From a virus, in IMG/VR virus record IMGVR_UViG_3300025141_000022, positions 96,001 to 160,000 of that record: a stretch of DNA of 64,000 nt; one strand, given 5' to 3'. Below the pieces are notes generated by a model, which was given only the letters and a program-made list of their open reading frames with translations, made no database searches and had not been told where the DNA came from. Each line of letters opens with the position of its first letter. Positions within the stretch are counted from its first letter, which is position 1. The position numbers were made by a program, and so were the translations under genes. Shown piece after piece: positions 36,756-46,792 of the stretch.

Positions 36756-37124
36756 ATGGCTGTTAACAATTCTAAATCAAATAGATATAATAGAAGAAAA
36801 AAAATCACTAACACCGGCGGCAGCACTCAACAGAATCGCCGCATTTATTCTGGAGCCCCAGGATCTGGCAGAATTACGCAATTTCAAACGCCCATTTTGC
36901 TACAGCCCAGTGCGCAACAGGTAGCCAAACTAAAACTGAAAGTTCACCACTGGGCAATTGGGGATAAATATTGGAAATTAGCACAAGAACACTATGGAAA
37001 CCCAGGCTACTGGTGGGTTATAGCAGCATTTAATAGAAAGCCCACAGAAGCACATGTCCACATTGGTTGTCCAATAATAGTGCCTCACCCTCTCGATAAA
37101 ATTCTACAATATATGGGTGTATAA
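36756..37124 (+). CDS. LysM-like baseplate wedge protein (gp53-like)
   Basis: GDKYWKLAQEHYGNPGYWWVIAAFN...IG..I.VP. Confidence 0.75.
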   Translation: MAVNNSKSNRYNRRKKITNTGGSTQQNRRIYSGAPGSGRITQFQTPILLQPSAQQVAKLKLKVHHWAIGDKYWKLAQEHYGNPGYWWVIAAFNRKPTEAHVHIGCPIIVPHPLDKILQYMGV

Positions 37125-37143
37125 GCCCTATACTTAAATCAAA

Positions 37144-40100
37144 ATGTTAAAATCGATAAAAAACACAATCAAACGTTTCTGGTGGGATATAGTCGCTACA
37201 CATCGGCTTTTGTTCCACCCCTTCACGAAGCCGGGAACAAAAGCCGACATGGTATGGTCTTGGTGCCTGTTTATTTTGTTTGTCATCTTCTTCCCCGAGC
37301 AATCGGGAGATGTTCAGCTTGCGCACCCCCTCCTCGCCGGCGTTGTCATCCTCGGCGGCATAGGAACCACCGGCTACGCAGCCTACGAGGGCCATAACGC
37401 TTATGAAGCGTATGAGGAAGCAGAAGAGAGAGCCAGAATCGCAGCCGCCCGCGAAGCAGAACGAGCAGAAGCCCAAGCTCGAATGGATGCGGCCCAAAGC
37501 GATCTGGGCCAAGCTGAAGGAAACCGTAGAAAAGTTCAAAGATTTCTAAACGTTTATATTAAAGAAATGTCTGACATATCCTCTCGCTGGCATCGACAAG
37601 GTGGCTGGCAAGGCATGTGGGAAAATTTTGGAATAGTGGAGTCTGAGTCGCCCGGCACTATAATTGATCAAATAAGCCAACGAGGTGTAAAAGAGTTTAT
37701 GACTCTTACACCCGTACAAATGTCTTTGCTGCAGCCGATGTTTCGAATATGGGTTGACGCGTCGATAATATCTCCAGCCAATCTTGCTGCGCCTTCGCCT
37801 GGGCAGGGATATACTCTAGGACAAGCGTGGCAAACCATGCAATCCTGGGCTGGTGGGGCAGCTAATGACGCCGGAAACTATGTGCAGTTGAAGTTTCCAG
37901 ATCGTTTAGCGCCGTCCGACATAGAGGCAATTCTTGACGGTGAACAAACTCGACCAAGTGGAGTGTGGTTTATATCGTTTGACTGGAAGTGGAAGGACAT
38001 TGGCAATACACCGACCATGGAAAATACCATGTTTGATTGCACGCTTAAATTTGGTTGTGAGAGCTTGGCGGCCCTCGACGCACCGCAAGATCCAACTAAT
38101 CCTAGAACTAACTTTAAAGAACTTCTAAGGCCGGTGAACCCAGGAACCGCAGTCGGTTGCCGAATACAGGTCGGATGGTCGCCGCCTATAGAGACAGATA
38201 TTATCGATGGGGATCTATCAGACGCAATTCAAAATATGCAAAAAATATTTGATTGCAACATGACCGGCTATAACATTGATTTTAAAGAAAATGGAACTAT
38301 TGAAGTAGAAGTTAAATACATAGCCGGCATTGATAAGGCAAACGCAGAGCCGGGAAACGATCTGCTCACTAGAGTAAGTCAAACCTATGAGGATCGTCAA
38401 GAAGATCATGACAAAACGAGAGAGGATGCTGGCCTCACTATGGGCAGCGGAGAGGGCGGCACTGAAGAAGTAATAACTATCCTTAGAGCGCTCGCATCCA
38501 CTGCGGGCTCAGATGGCCTTCGCACCGCAGAACAATCCGGCGCAACCCGCGCAAACGTAGCACGCTTGCAGGAGATATCCGGCTACTTTCAGCCACACCT
38601 TGCCGGCGGCGATTCGAGCGCCATCGCCGGGCTCTCGTCGGACTCAATCAACGCCATTATGGGCAGTGAAACGACAAACGATGACGGCACCTATCCGGCT
38701 CCAGGTCTTAACGAAACTTATGATGGTGATCCTCGTGCATTGGCCGGTTTTGTTCTTCAACGCGCCGGCGATCTCTTCACCCTTGACGGACAACTTAAAG
38801 GAGGCACAACCGCAGCTGATCTAGAGTCGATAGTCAGATCAGTCGAAGCGGTACAACACTTTCAAGGTCAAACATTTCGTTCAGGATATCGAAATCGCAT
38901 GGCCGCAGCGTATTCGGCTATCATTAATTATCTTCATGAGAACGGTAAGATCTACATGGCCGATCTTGACATCGATCATTTAGTAGAATTAAACCAGGGC
39001 ACCCTGAGTGATCCTGATTACATAGATTCTATTGAGGTAAGCAAGGTAACCGGCCTAGGCACCCACTCGGAGGCCATGTTCGACGGGGCCCTGGAGGCGA
39101 TTGGAGACACCATTGAGGTAAATGAAGAATCTCGTCGCGGCGACACTTATGGTGCCGCATGGGATGCTAACTTGACTCAATATGCTAAAGTTAACGCCGA
39201 GGACAGGACCGTCCGCGCAATGTGGTTTTATATGGGTGATGTCCTTGATTATGCTTTTGACAGACGATTCTGGGCAAGAGATGCGCAGCATTTTCACGCT
39301 CTTGTCGGGCCGCTAACACTAGCAGTTCATAAGGCAGGAGAGTCACCTGTTCCCGTTGCTATAAATTTAGCCGATATACCCGTAAACCTTCCTTCGTTCA
39401 TGGTTTTCATGCAGCGCCAAATGGAGCGCAGAGGAGGTGGAAACGCTAGAGGCCAATCTGTGGTTCAAGGGCCTCTGACAGTGAAAACTTTTGTTCAGGA
39501 TCTTTTTCATGATGTAATCGTTAAGCGCCTCGGTGCCGCCGCAGACGGCGCCAGTGGAATCCGCGCATCGGCAGATCATAGCAGTGATGGCATCTTGCAA
39601 GTAGATGTTATGACATTCATGACGGTTCCCTTCGATGATGGAACGTATCTCTTCGATGAGGGCGTAAGAACAAACCTCAGCCCCACCACAGATATCCCGA
39701 TGATCTTTAGTCATCATGTACAGGACGTTCAGAGTTATTATTACATGTTTGCAGCCTCCAACAGAGCAGAAAACTGTACGGGCGATGAAGACGCAGATCA
39801 GTTGGTGCCAATTTATCATTTACGCTATGGCAGAGAGAATGGAATCGTTAAAAATATAAAATTTACACGGGAAGACACAAAGTATTTTCAAGAGGGTGTA
39901 ATCCAGGCGGCTTTTGGAGACAATACGGCCGATAGTTCGATAACCACTCAGATACGAGCCGGCTCTGCCCCGAGCTTGCTAAAGTATGTATACAGGTTGG
40001 AAGCAACGCTTTTCGGCAATGTACTTTTCCATCCTGGGTGTAAAATATACCTCAAGCCTGAATACCCAGGCACTCCGATGGATTCTGGTATTATTGCAGA

Positions 40101-40299
40101 TCTTGGCTTGGGAGGTTACTATTTTATTACATCGTGTGAAAGCTTTTTAGAGGCTGGAAAGTTTGAAACTAAAATTAAGGGATACTTAGAATTGGTGTAT
40201 ACCGGCACAGCACATGGCTCTGGACAGTTTAATAGCGTGGTGGACGCATTTGGCGCTGGCACTTTTGAGGGCGGGGCCACAGGGGTTGCTGGTGAATAG
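37144..40299 (+). CDS. Large baseplate hub-like protein (gp27/GpD-like C-terminus)
   Basis: C-terminal YGRENGIVKNIKF, ATLFGNVLFHPG.KIYL, GGYYFITSCES..EAGKFET.IKG; position after the LysM gene. The start site is uncertain. Confidence 0.6.
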   Translation: MLKSIKNTIKRFWWDIVATHRLLFHPFTKPGTKADMVWSWCLFILFVIFFPEQSGDVQLAHPLLAGVVILGGIGTTGYAAYEGHNAYEAYEEAEERARIAAAREAERAEAQARMDAAQSDLGQAEGNRRKVQRFLNVYIKEMSDISSRWHRQGGWQGMWENFGIVESESPGTIIDQISQRGVKEFMTLTPVQMSLLQPMFRIWVDASIISPANLAAPSPGQGYTLGQAWQTMQSWAGGAANDAGNYVQLKFPDRLAPSDIEAILDGEQTRPSGVWFISFDWKWKDIGNTPTMENTMFDCTLKFGCESLAALDAPQDPTNPRTNFKELLRPVNPGTAVGCRIQVGWSPPIETDIIDGDLSDAIQNMQKIFDCNMTGYNIDFKENGTIEVEVKYIAGIDKANAEPGNDLLTRVSQTYEDRQEDHDKTREDAGLTMGSGEGGTEEVITILRALASTAGSDGLRTAEQSGATRANVARLQEISGYFQPHLAGGDSSAIAGLSSDSINAIMGSETTNDDGTYPAPGLNETYDGDPRALAGFVLQRAGDLFTLDGQLKGGTTAADLESIVRSVEAVQHFQGQTFRSGYRNRMAAAYSAIINYLHENGKIYMADLDIDHLVELNQGTLSDPDYIDSIEVSKVTGLGTHSEAMFDGALEAIGDTIEVNEESRRGDTYGAAWDANLTQYAKVNAEDRTVRAMWFYMGDVLDYAFDRRFWARDAQHFHALVGPLTLAVHKAGESPVPVAINLADIPVNLPSFMVFMQRQMERRGGGNARGQSVVQGPLTVKTFVQDLFHDVIVKRLGAAADGASGIRASADHSSDGILQVDVMTFMTVPFDDGTYLFDEGVRTNLSPTTDIPMIFSHHVQDVQSYYYMFAASNRAENCTGDEDADQLVPIYHLRYGRENGIVKNIKFTREDTKYFQEGVIQAAFGDNTADSSITTQIRAGSAPSLLKYVYRLEATLFGNVLFHPGCKIYLKPEYPGTPMDSGIIADLGLGGYYFITSCESFLEAGKFETKIKGYLELVYTGTAHGSGQFNSVVDAFGAGTFEGGATGVAGE

Positions 40300-40310
40300 G
40301 AAGGATTTTC

Positions 40311-41795
40311 ATGGGAAGTAAATATTCAAACAAATCGTCTGTTGATAACAAAGAGAAATCAACGCGCACGCTTTTTCTTAACCGGAAGCGATATCGCCGC
40401 TACGGACACCCATATGATCAGCGCGTAGGCAAGGATCACACTATGCAAGTGCCAGAAAGCATAGTCCAATATCAGCCGGCTATAGATTTAATATATGAAA
40501 AGCCGCTTTATGGCAAAGTAGATCCTGAAGGAAATGCTATACAGCCGATAAAGTCAAAATTAGCCATGCTTTGGATGGGTGGAGGAACCCATGGCGATTT
40601 TTCTGGAAATGTGCCACTAGCTCTTGATTTTATTGCGCATGCACAAAAAGATTTCTTTAGAGAGTGGAATGATGCAGTAAAAGCCGGCAAAACAAAAACG
40701 AAAGAGGGACTTTTTGTTAACCCCACAGTTGCTCGCGGCGCAGCAGATTTTGTCGTACAGTATCAAGAGCACATCACCACACAAATGTCCTATTTCACCG
40801 GTGACTATCTTACATCTATAACAACCCCCTACAAGCACCGCGCACTAAATATCAGCACTTTCGACCATTTTGTTAAGGAATTTTTACGCAGTATAGACGA
40901 TCCTAGATTTCCAACAAAGATAACAAAAACTGCGTTCGCGATATGCGAAGATTCAGAGCCCAGAAACACTGCCTTGATGTTTGATATAGGTGCTGGCAAA
41001 GTTGGAGATGATAATATCAAATATATGTGGCTAGAAGATCCAAATTGGGAAATGTTTATGAAATTAGCCGCTAGATATGGGTTTGTTGTAGATAAAAATA
41101 TCCCATGGAGATTTATAGCGGATTTAGGTTCCCAGCCTATGGCTGAGTATATGGATATGTATGAAACGAATATAGATTTATTGTGGTACACGCACTATGA
41201 TCGAGTTTATGCAGGCGACTTAACTACGCTTAAAGCACAATTGTCGCTAGCGTATAACAATTATGTGGCCCAATATCCCTATATAAAGAAGACAGATACA
41301 ACATGGATTGGAAAATCTGGCGTTTATACTAATATGGATATGATTTCGGGAGTTTGGCCAACTCCCGCTGCCACGTCAATAAAATATGAAATACTTCCAC
41401 AGTTAATATATCGCACTCCCACATCACAGCAAGAACTTGAGCTTCAATATACTGATAGTGACTGGATGCAGCTTTATATTCAAATTAGAAATATTGAATT
41501 AGGATATCCTTTTGATGATATAAAAATGCATTATGTTGCCGATGTTGCAGAACAATTGTGGAAAGCACTTGACATCACGCAAGGAATGCAGTATATTAAT
41601 ACTACATTTGCGGAGTATCATCTTGAAGAACATGATTTCAACGATAAATATTATAGCAACAACGCAGAAGAGGCACTGCAAGATGCGAGCGCTCGACCCG
41701 CAACTAGTGCCAATGGCAATTTTACGACTGGTGGTTCACGAGAATCGACCAATATTGGCGGCGGTGGTGCTGGAGGTGCTTCTGGAGGGTATTAA
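40311..41795 (+). CDS. Hypothetical protein, last gene of the structural block
   Basis: 494-aa ORF with AGGAAGG RBS; no recognised motif. Confidence 0.65.
   Translation: MGSKYSNKSSVDNKEKSTRTLFLNRKRYRRYGHPYDQRVGKDHTMQVPESIVQYQPAIDLIYEKPLYGKVDPEGNAIQPIKSKLAMLWMGGGTHGDFSGNVPLALDFIAHAQKDFFREWNDAVKAGKTKTKEGLFVNPTVARGAADFVVQYQEHITTQMSYFTGDYLTSITTPYKHRALNISTFDHFVKEFLRSIDDPRFPTKITKTAFAICEDSEPRNTALMFDIGAGKVGDDNIKYMWLEDPNWEMFMKLAARYGFVVDKNIPWRFIADLGSQPMAEYMDMYETNIDLLWYTHYDRVYAGDLTTLKAQLSLAYNNYVAQYPYIKKTDTTWIGKSGVYTNMDMISGVWPTPAATSIKYEILPQLIYRTPTSQQELELQYTDSDWMQLYIQIRNIELGYPFDDIKMHYVADVAEQLWKALDITQGMQYINTTFAEYHLEEHDFNDKYYSNNAEEALQDASARPATSANGNFTTGGSRESTNIGGGGAGGASGGY
41569..41597 (+). promoter_or_regulatory. 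sigma70-type promoter inside ORF 40311, facing the PolA/tubulin operon
   Basis: TTGACA 41569-41574, 17-bp spacer, TATATT 41592-41597. Confidence 0.6.
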
Positions 41796-43012
41796 TGCTT
41801 TTTCAGGCACTTGATAATAAGAAAGAATGTGTAGGGATATATTGTAACGGAGAGCTTCTCTTCTCAGATTTGCAAATGTCTGCATTGACCGCGACATGGG
41901 ACTATTCTCAACTTTTGGAAAATCAAGAACAAATAGAATACGCACACCTGTATTGTGGAAAAACTCTAGACGAGGCATGTCCAGAACACTTAGATACTCT
42001 TTGGGAAGATTCAAAACAGAAGTTAAGAGCATTTTTGCGCTCATTTCACGAAGCCAAGCTTTCATTAGACGATAACTGTTTTTACGATTTGGTACCAGAT
42101 CAGTTTTTGATGGAATATTACGAATGCAGAAACAAGATTACAAACTACGTTTTAAATAATTACGAGCGTCCTGATAATTATGAATTTTTAGCTAACTTGA
42201 CGAGAGTAACCAATCAGATTGCTACTAATAAATTAAATATTGATAAGAGCAGTCTTCGACCGTTGATGTACAAATTAAAGGTTCGAAATTTTATGAAAAA
42301 GTTGGACATTGTACGACCTTATGTTGAGTATAATATTTTCGGGACAAAAACAGGCCGACTAACGACAAAGAAAAATACCTTTCCAATATTAACATTAGAT
42401 AAGGAATATCGTAGAATATTAAAACCAGCAAACGATTGGTTTGTAGAACTGGATTTTAATGCTGCGGAGTTGAGAACTATGTTGGCGCTATCGGGATTAC
42501 AGCAGCCACAAGAAGATATTCATGAATGGAATATAAAAAACGTGTTTAAAGAAAATATCACAAGAGACGAAGCTAAGACAAGAATTTTTGCTTGGCTTTA
42601 TGGGTCCGAAAAAGAAAGTAAGCGCCTATCTACTATAGATGCTAAAGAAATACTTAGACAAACGTACCAAAGAGAGGGAATTGTTAGCAAGCATTGGACC
42701 GGCTCACATGTCAGAACACGATTCGGTCGGACCATTCCTAGCGATAACCATCATGCTCTCTCTTATATTATTCAAAGTAGTTGTGTCGATAACGTCAATC
42801 GGCAACTCATCAAAATCCACGATAGACTTGCTAACAATACAACAAGAGTTGCATTCACCCTACACGACTCCATCGTCCTTGATGTCCCCAATGCCGAAAG
42901 AGGACTCATCCCAGAATTAATTAAATTATTTTCGAATACCGATCTTGGCAACTTTAAAGTTAATATTAGTGCTGGTAAAAATTTTGGAAATTTAAAGAGG
43001 TTAAATTTATGA
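41795..43012 (+). CDS. Minimal family-A DNA polymerase (polymerase domain only)
   Basis: TKTGRLTT, motif A ELDFNAAELRTM, motif B RDEAKTRIFAWLYG, IIQSSCVD, motif C FTLHDSIVLD; only 405 aa. Confidence 0.85.
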   Translation: MLFQALDNKKECVGIYCNGELLFSDLQMSALTATWDYSQLLENQEQIEYAHLYCGKTLDEACPEHLDTLWEDSKQKLRAFLRSFHEAKLSLDDNCFYDLVPDQFLMEYYECRNKITNYVLNNYERPDNYEFLANLTRVTNQIATNKLNIDKSSLRPLMYKLKVRNFMKKLDIVRPYVEYNIFGTKTGRLTTKKNTFPILTLDKEYRRILKPANDWFVELDFNAAELRTMLALSGLQQPQEDIHEWNIKNVFKENITRDEAKTRIFAWLYGSEKESKRLSTIDAKEILRQTYQREGIVSKHWTGSHVRTRFGRTIPSDNHHALSYIIQSSCVDNVNRQLIKIHDRLANNTTRVAFTLHDSIVLDVPNAERGLIPELIKLFSNTDLGNFKVNISAGKNFGNLKRLNL

Positions 43013-43845
43013 ATATTGTTGGTTTAGGTCAGGCCGGTTGCGCAGTTGCGAGGAAATTTGCTAATTATCCTCAATATAGCGTTTATCAAATCGATGCCGG
43101 GATAAAGGGTGCTAAAAAAGATGGCATTTTTAATGTTCCCAAGCTATCTGGCGCTGAAGCGTATGAGGAAAGCTTTCCATCCACAAAGACGTTTTTTAAG
43201 AATGTGTCAGGCGATGTCTTATTCATTCTTGCGGGCTCTGGACACATTTCAGGTGCATCATTGAGAGTTCTTGAACATCTTAGGAGGCACAATGTTAGTA
43301 TTCTGTATATTCGGCCAGATACAACTTTGTTGCGCGGAGAAAGAAAGTTAATCGAAAGAATAACCTTCAATGTTTTGCAGCAATACACCAGATCGGGTGT
43401 TTTCAATAAAATGTACATAATCAACAATGTCGATTTAGAGAAAATTGTTGGCGATGTTCCACTAACAGAACACCACGATAGAATAAACGAGCTAATCACA
43501 TCCACAGTGCATATGGTTAACGTATATAGTCATGTCGAGCCAGTGTATGATTATCCTGTCGAAGATGACACCAAAGCTCGTATAGCTACAATTGGACTAC
43601 TAGATGTGAACACTGGCGAAGAAAAGTTGTTTTTTCCACTTGACTCGGTTACGGAGAAGTGTTATTATTATGCTATAAGTGATGAATCACTTAATACCGA
43701 TGCGACACTGCATAGGAAGATAACAGAGCAAATCAAAGAGAAAACTACAGAAGAACTTAATATTGGCTACTCTATTTATTCAACAGAGTATGATCAAAAT
43801 TATGGGTATTTAATTGCTAATTCTTCTGAAATTCAACTAGAATAG
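43009..43845 (+). CDS. Divergent tubulin/FtsZ-family (PhuZ/TubZ-like) protein
   Basis: N-terminal IVGLGQAGCAVA T1 loop; signature position reads LAGSGHISGAS instead of GGGTGSG; IINNVDL in the expected downstream position. Confidence 0.65.
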   Translation: MNIVGLGQAGCAVARKFANYPQYSVYQIDAGIKGAKKDGIFNVPKLSGAEAYEESFPSTKTFFKNVSGDVLFILAGSGHISGASLRVLEHLRRHNVSILYIRPDTTLLRGERKLIERITFNVLQQYTRSGVFNKMYIINNVDLEKIVGDVPLTEHHDRINELITSTVHMVNVYSHVEPVYDYPVEDDTKARIATIGLLDVNTGEEKLFFPLDSVTEKCYYYAISDESLNTDATLHRKITEQIKEKTTEELNIGYSIYSTEYDQNYGYLIANSSEIQLE

Positions 43846-43853
43846 GTGGTACA

Positions 43854-44114
43854 ATGAAGCAATACAAAGGAACATTTTTAAAAAAGAATGGGGAAACGAG
43901 AGAGATGAGATTTCTAAGGCTAAGTGATTTGCCAAAAGAATTTCTCGACTCTAAACTAAAAGGCGGATCAAACAAAAAGTCAAAACTGTCCGAAGGTTCA
44001 GAACTTGTGTGGGACATCGACAGTAATGGCTTTAGGGTTTTTAATTGGGATTCCGTCCAAGGAAATATTGAAGAAAATGAAATTGAAGAATTTAATACAG
44101 AATCTGCGGGATAG
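43854..44114 (+). CDS. Small SH3-fold (WYL_2/DUF2693-like) protein
   Basis: F.KKNGETREM...LVWDID..GFRVFNWD pattern. Confidence 0.65.
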   Translation: MKQYKGTFLKKNGETREMRFLRLSDLPKEFLDSKLKGGSNKKSKLSEGSELVWDIDSNGFRVFNWDSVQGNIEENEIEEFNTESAG

Positions 44115-44364
44115 GCTACCTTCTTGGAGTCGCGTCCTTAAGGTGCTTTCTATTACTATTAGATTGGCGTTGTTGGGTGTCCTCTGTTGGACAGTATATC
44201 ACGCTTATATCTCTGGATATGAGAAAGGCCGCAGAGTTGGTCAATGCGAGGCGGGATGTTTGATAATGGACGGACAGCTAGACAGCGTTGATGACGACGG
44301 GATTTGCTGGTGTGTCCCGATAGAAAACGAAGAGGTTTTCATCGCACCGGTACCAGAAATTTAA
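44077..44364 (+). CDS. Membrane protein with Cys-rich C-terminal part (ATG 44077)
   Basis: TM segment ITIRLALLGVLCWTVY, then CEAGC...DGICWC. Confidence 0.5.
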   Translation: MKLKNLIQNLRDRLPSWSRVLKVLSITIRLALLGVLCWTVYHAYISGYEKGRRVGQCEAGCLIMDGQLDSVDDDGICWCVPIENEEVFIAPVPEI

Positions 44365-44373
44365 AAAAAATGC

Positions 44374-44402
44374 TTGACAACAAGAACAGAATACGATATA
44401 TT
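44374..44402 (+). promoter_or_regulatory. sigma70-type promoter of the SSB gene
   Basis: A-tract UP element, TTGACA 44374-44379, 17-bp spacer, TATATT 44397-44402. Confidence 0.75.
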
Positions 44403-44473
44403 ATAAGAAGCAAAACGAGATATTTGTCGTTTTGACTATAGGCACGACAGCCACATAAACAAATAAGGAGAAA

Positions 44474-45277
44474 ATGAAAATGTCACTTGATATGAAGAAA
44501 ATGAGGTCTAAACTAGAAAACCTCCAAAATCGCGGATCTGGGGAGCGCAATACTTTTTGGCGTCCACAGGAAGGCGAACAAACGGTACGAATTGTACCAA
44601 CTGCTGATGGCGATCCTTTCAAGGATTTCCATTTCCACTATCTAGAGGTAGATGGCAAGCGCCAATCTGTCCTTTGTCCAAAGAAGAACTTTGGAGAGAA
44701 GTGTCCCATTTGTAATTTTGCTACACAGCTTTTTCAAGAGGGTACTCCCGATAGTATCAAAATGGCGAAAACTCTTTTTGCACGCCAGCGTTTCTTTAGC
44801 CCAGTACTTGTACGAGGTGAAGAGGAATCTGGTGTCCGTGTCTGGGGGTATGGCAAGATGGCATACGAATCCCTCCTAAATCTTGTTCTGAATCCAGACT
44901 ACGGAGACATTACGGATGTTGATGACGGTACTGACCTAAACATCCATTATGGCCGGCCCGCCGGTGCTCAATTCCCTCAAACTAAGATTCAGCCTCGCCG
45001 CCGAACATCAACGTTATGCGATGAAGCGGTTGGAGGCCCCGAGCGATGTGCCGAATTGCTAGAGAGTATTCCTGATTTCGACACCTTGTTTGAACGTCGA
45101 ACCGCTGAAGACGTTCAAGCGGTTCTGGATGAGTTCATGGACTCACCAGAGGCTGGTGGAGAAACCACGAAGTACGCCGGTACTAAAACCGACACCTCTA
45201 ACGTGACAACTGCTTCAAGCGTAGACCGCGCTTTTGAAGAATTGTCCACTCAACTTGGTGTTGCTTCGGGCTCATAG
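44474..45277 (+). CDS. gp32: Single-stranded DNA-binding protein (T4 gp32-like)
   Basis: FWRPQEGEQTVRIVP, CPKKNFGEKCPIC zinc site, RFFSPVLVRGEE.SGV.VW.YGK, acidic tail. Confidence 0.85.
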   Translation: MKMSLDMKKMRSKLENLQNRGSGERNTFWRPQEGEQTVRIVPTADGDPFKDFHFHYLEVDGKRQSVLCPKKNFGEKCPICNFATQLFQEGTPDSIKMAKTLFARQRFFSPVLVRGEEESGVRVWGYGKMAYESLLNLVLNPDYGDITDVDDGTDLNIHYGRPAGAQFPQTKIQPRRRTSTLCDEAVGGPERCAELLESIPDFDTLFERRTAEDVQAVLDEFMDSPEAGGETTKYAGTKTDTSNVTTASSVDRAFEELSTQLGVASGS

Positions 45278-45306
45278 TACCCTTCCCCCCTTGGGGGGTC
45301 CGCAGG

Positions 45307-45337
45307 GAGGCACGGGATTACAGGTGCCTCACTTTTT
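45307..45337 (+). terminator. Hairpin / probable terminator after the SSB gene
   Basis: GAGGCAC-gggattacag-GTGCCTC followed by acttttt. Confidence 0.6.
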
Positions 45338-45375
45338 CGGGGGAACAAATAACATAATTTGGTATAGGAGGTTTT

Positions 45376-45663
45376 ATGTTTAAGAATATTATTACAGCAC
45401 TTATGCTCATGTGTGCGACCAGTGGTCCAGCCATGGCAGACGGATTTAACCCTGGAGACAGGCTTAAGGTGATCGAGCGAGCCACTGGGCTGCAGCTTCA
45501 TCACAGACCGCCACCACCACGACCTAGGCCGCATCCACGTCAGCATCCACCGAGAGCCGCTGTGGCGCCTATTGTGGTGACGGTTGTAGTATTGGCGACC
45601 ATCGTTATTGTTGCTAGTGCGACCCCACATCCACACCCGCACCCACATCAAGGAGTTCACTAA
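45376..45663 (+). CDS. Small exported Pro/His-rich membrane protein
   Basis: AGGAGG RBS; signal peptide ending PAMA/D; PPPPRPRPHP linker; TM segment VAPIVVTVVVLATIVIVA; PHPHPHPH tail. Confidence 0.6.
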   Translation: MFKNIITALMLMCATSGPAMADGFNPGDRLKVIERATGLQLHHRPPPPRPRPHPRQHPPRAAVAPIVVTVVVLATIVIVASATPHPHPHPHQGVH

Positions 45664-45664
45664 A

Positions 45665-46792
45665 ATGGCAAGAGCTAAGAAATCAAACGGAGCAGGCAAA
45701 CTTTCAATCACGCAAATGCGAGATCTAATTAACAAGAAGGCCGGCCAAAATGTTGCCCACGATCTAAAAGATGAGAATCCTACTGAGGTTAAAGAATGGA
45801 TCCCAACTGGCTCGCGCTGGCTGGACTCTATTGTCTGTAGAGGTAAACTAGCCGGGATCCCAGTTGGTAAGGTTGTTGAGATTGCCGGCTTAGAAGCAAC
45901 TGGTAAAAGTTATATGGCCGCGCAGGTTGCAGCCAATGCACAGAAGCTGGGAATCGACGTTATTTATTTTGATAGCGAGTCTGCTATTGATCCAACCTTC
46001 CTTGAGAGGGCCGGCTGCGATCTAGACAAACTTTTGTATGTTCAAGCAACTTCAGTTGAGTTTGTTCTAGAGACTATCGAAGAGTTGCTGGGTTCTAACG
46101 ACAATCGCATGCTATTTGTATGGGATTCGCTAGCCCTCACTCCATCGGTATCTGACGTTGAAGGCGACTTTAATCCACTTTCATCGATGGCTGTCAAGGC
46201 AAGAATCTTGGCAAAGGGCATGTCTAAGCTTACAGTGCCCATTGCGAACTCTCAGAGCACGTTCCTTGTCCTTAACCAGCTTAAGACCAATATTACCCGA
46301 TCTCCATCAGAAGCGCTTACAACGCCTTATATGACGCCTGGAGGGAAGGCTATGATCTATGCCTACTCACTTCGAATTTGGCTGACTGGTCGCAAAGCTA
46401 AAGCTAGCTTTGTGTTGGATGATAAAGGGTTCCGTATCGGCTCAGAGGTCAAAGTAAAGCTTGAAAAATCTCGCTTTGGAACGCAGGGTAGACAATGTAA
46501 TTTTCGCATTCTATGGGGAGACTCAATTGGAGTGCAGGACGAAGAAAGTTGGTTTGACGCCATTGGTGGTTCGCACAGACTTAAACGTTCCGGCGCTTGG
46601 TACGAATTGCTAGACAAGCAAGGCGAGACAATTGGCCCAAAGTTTCAGGCCGCTAAATGGGTAGAGAGACTTGAGGACGAGACATTTAGAAAGAATGTCA
46701 TGGAGATCATGGACGAAGAAGTGATCATGAAGTTTGATAAGCGTGTGGGAAATGCTTCTGATTTTTACGAATCTGAAGAAAATTCAAAATAA
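45665..46792 (+). CDS. recA: RecA/UvsX recombinase (ATG 45665)
   Basis: WIPTGSRWLD, Walker A GLEATGKS, YFDSESAID, VWDSLA, LNQLKTN, TPGGKA, KSRFG. Confidence 0.95.
   Translation: MARAKKSNGAGKLSITQMRDLINKKAGQNVAHDLKDENPTEVKEWIPTGSRWLDSIVCRGKLAGIPVGKVVEIAGLEATGKSYMAAQVAANAQKLGIDVIYFDSESAIDPTFLERAGCDLDKLLYVQATSVEFVLETIEELLGSNDNRMLFVWDSLALTPSVSDVEGDFNPLSSMAVKARILAKGMSKLTVPIANSQSTFLVLNQLKTNITRSPSEALTTPYMTPGGKAMIYAYSLRIWLTGRKAKASFVLDDKGFRIGSEVKVKLEKSRFGTQGRQCNFRILWGDSIGVQDEESWFDAIGGSHRLKRSGAWYELLDKQGETIGPKFQAAKWVERLEDETFRKNVMEIMDEEVIMKFDKRVGNASDFYESEENSK

Noticed and set aside
34560-39600. Higher-GC stretch as a foreign island
   Set aside because: It is explained by Ala/Gly-rich tape-measure and hub coding sequence. 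There are no flanking repeats or mobility genes.
41795-43012. Mini-PolA as a pseudogene
   Set aside because: Motifs A, B and C are present in one intact frame with coupled neighbours and an upstream promoter. Activity is still untested.
44432-44460. Second sigma70 promoter (TTGACT) before the SSB gene
   Set aside because: There is no acceptable -10 box at 16-18 bp spacing.
43060-45731. CTAATTA copies inside the tubulin-like and recA genes
   Set aside because: They are near the 5' ends of coding regions and far from any downstream gene start, consistent with the chance background for a short AT-rich motif.
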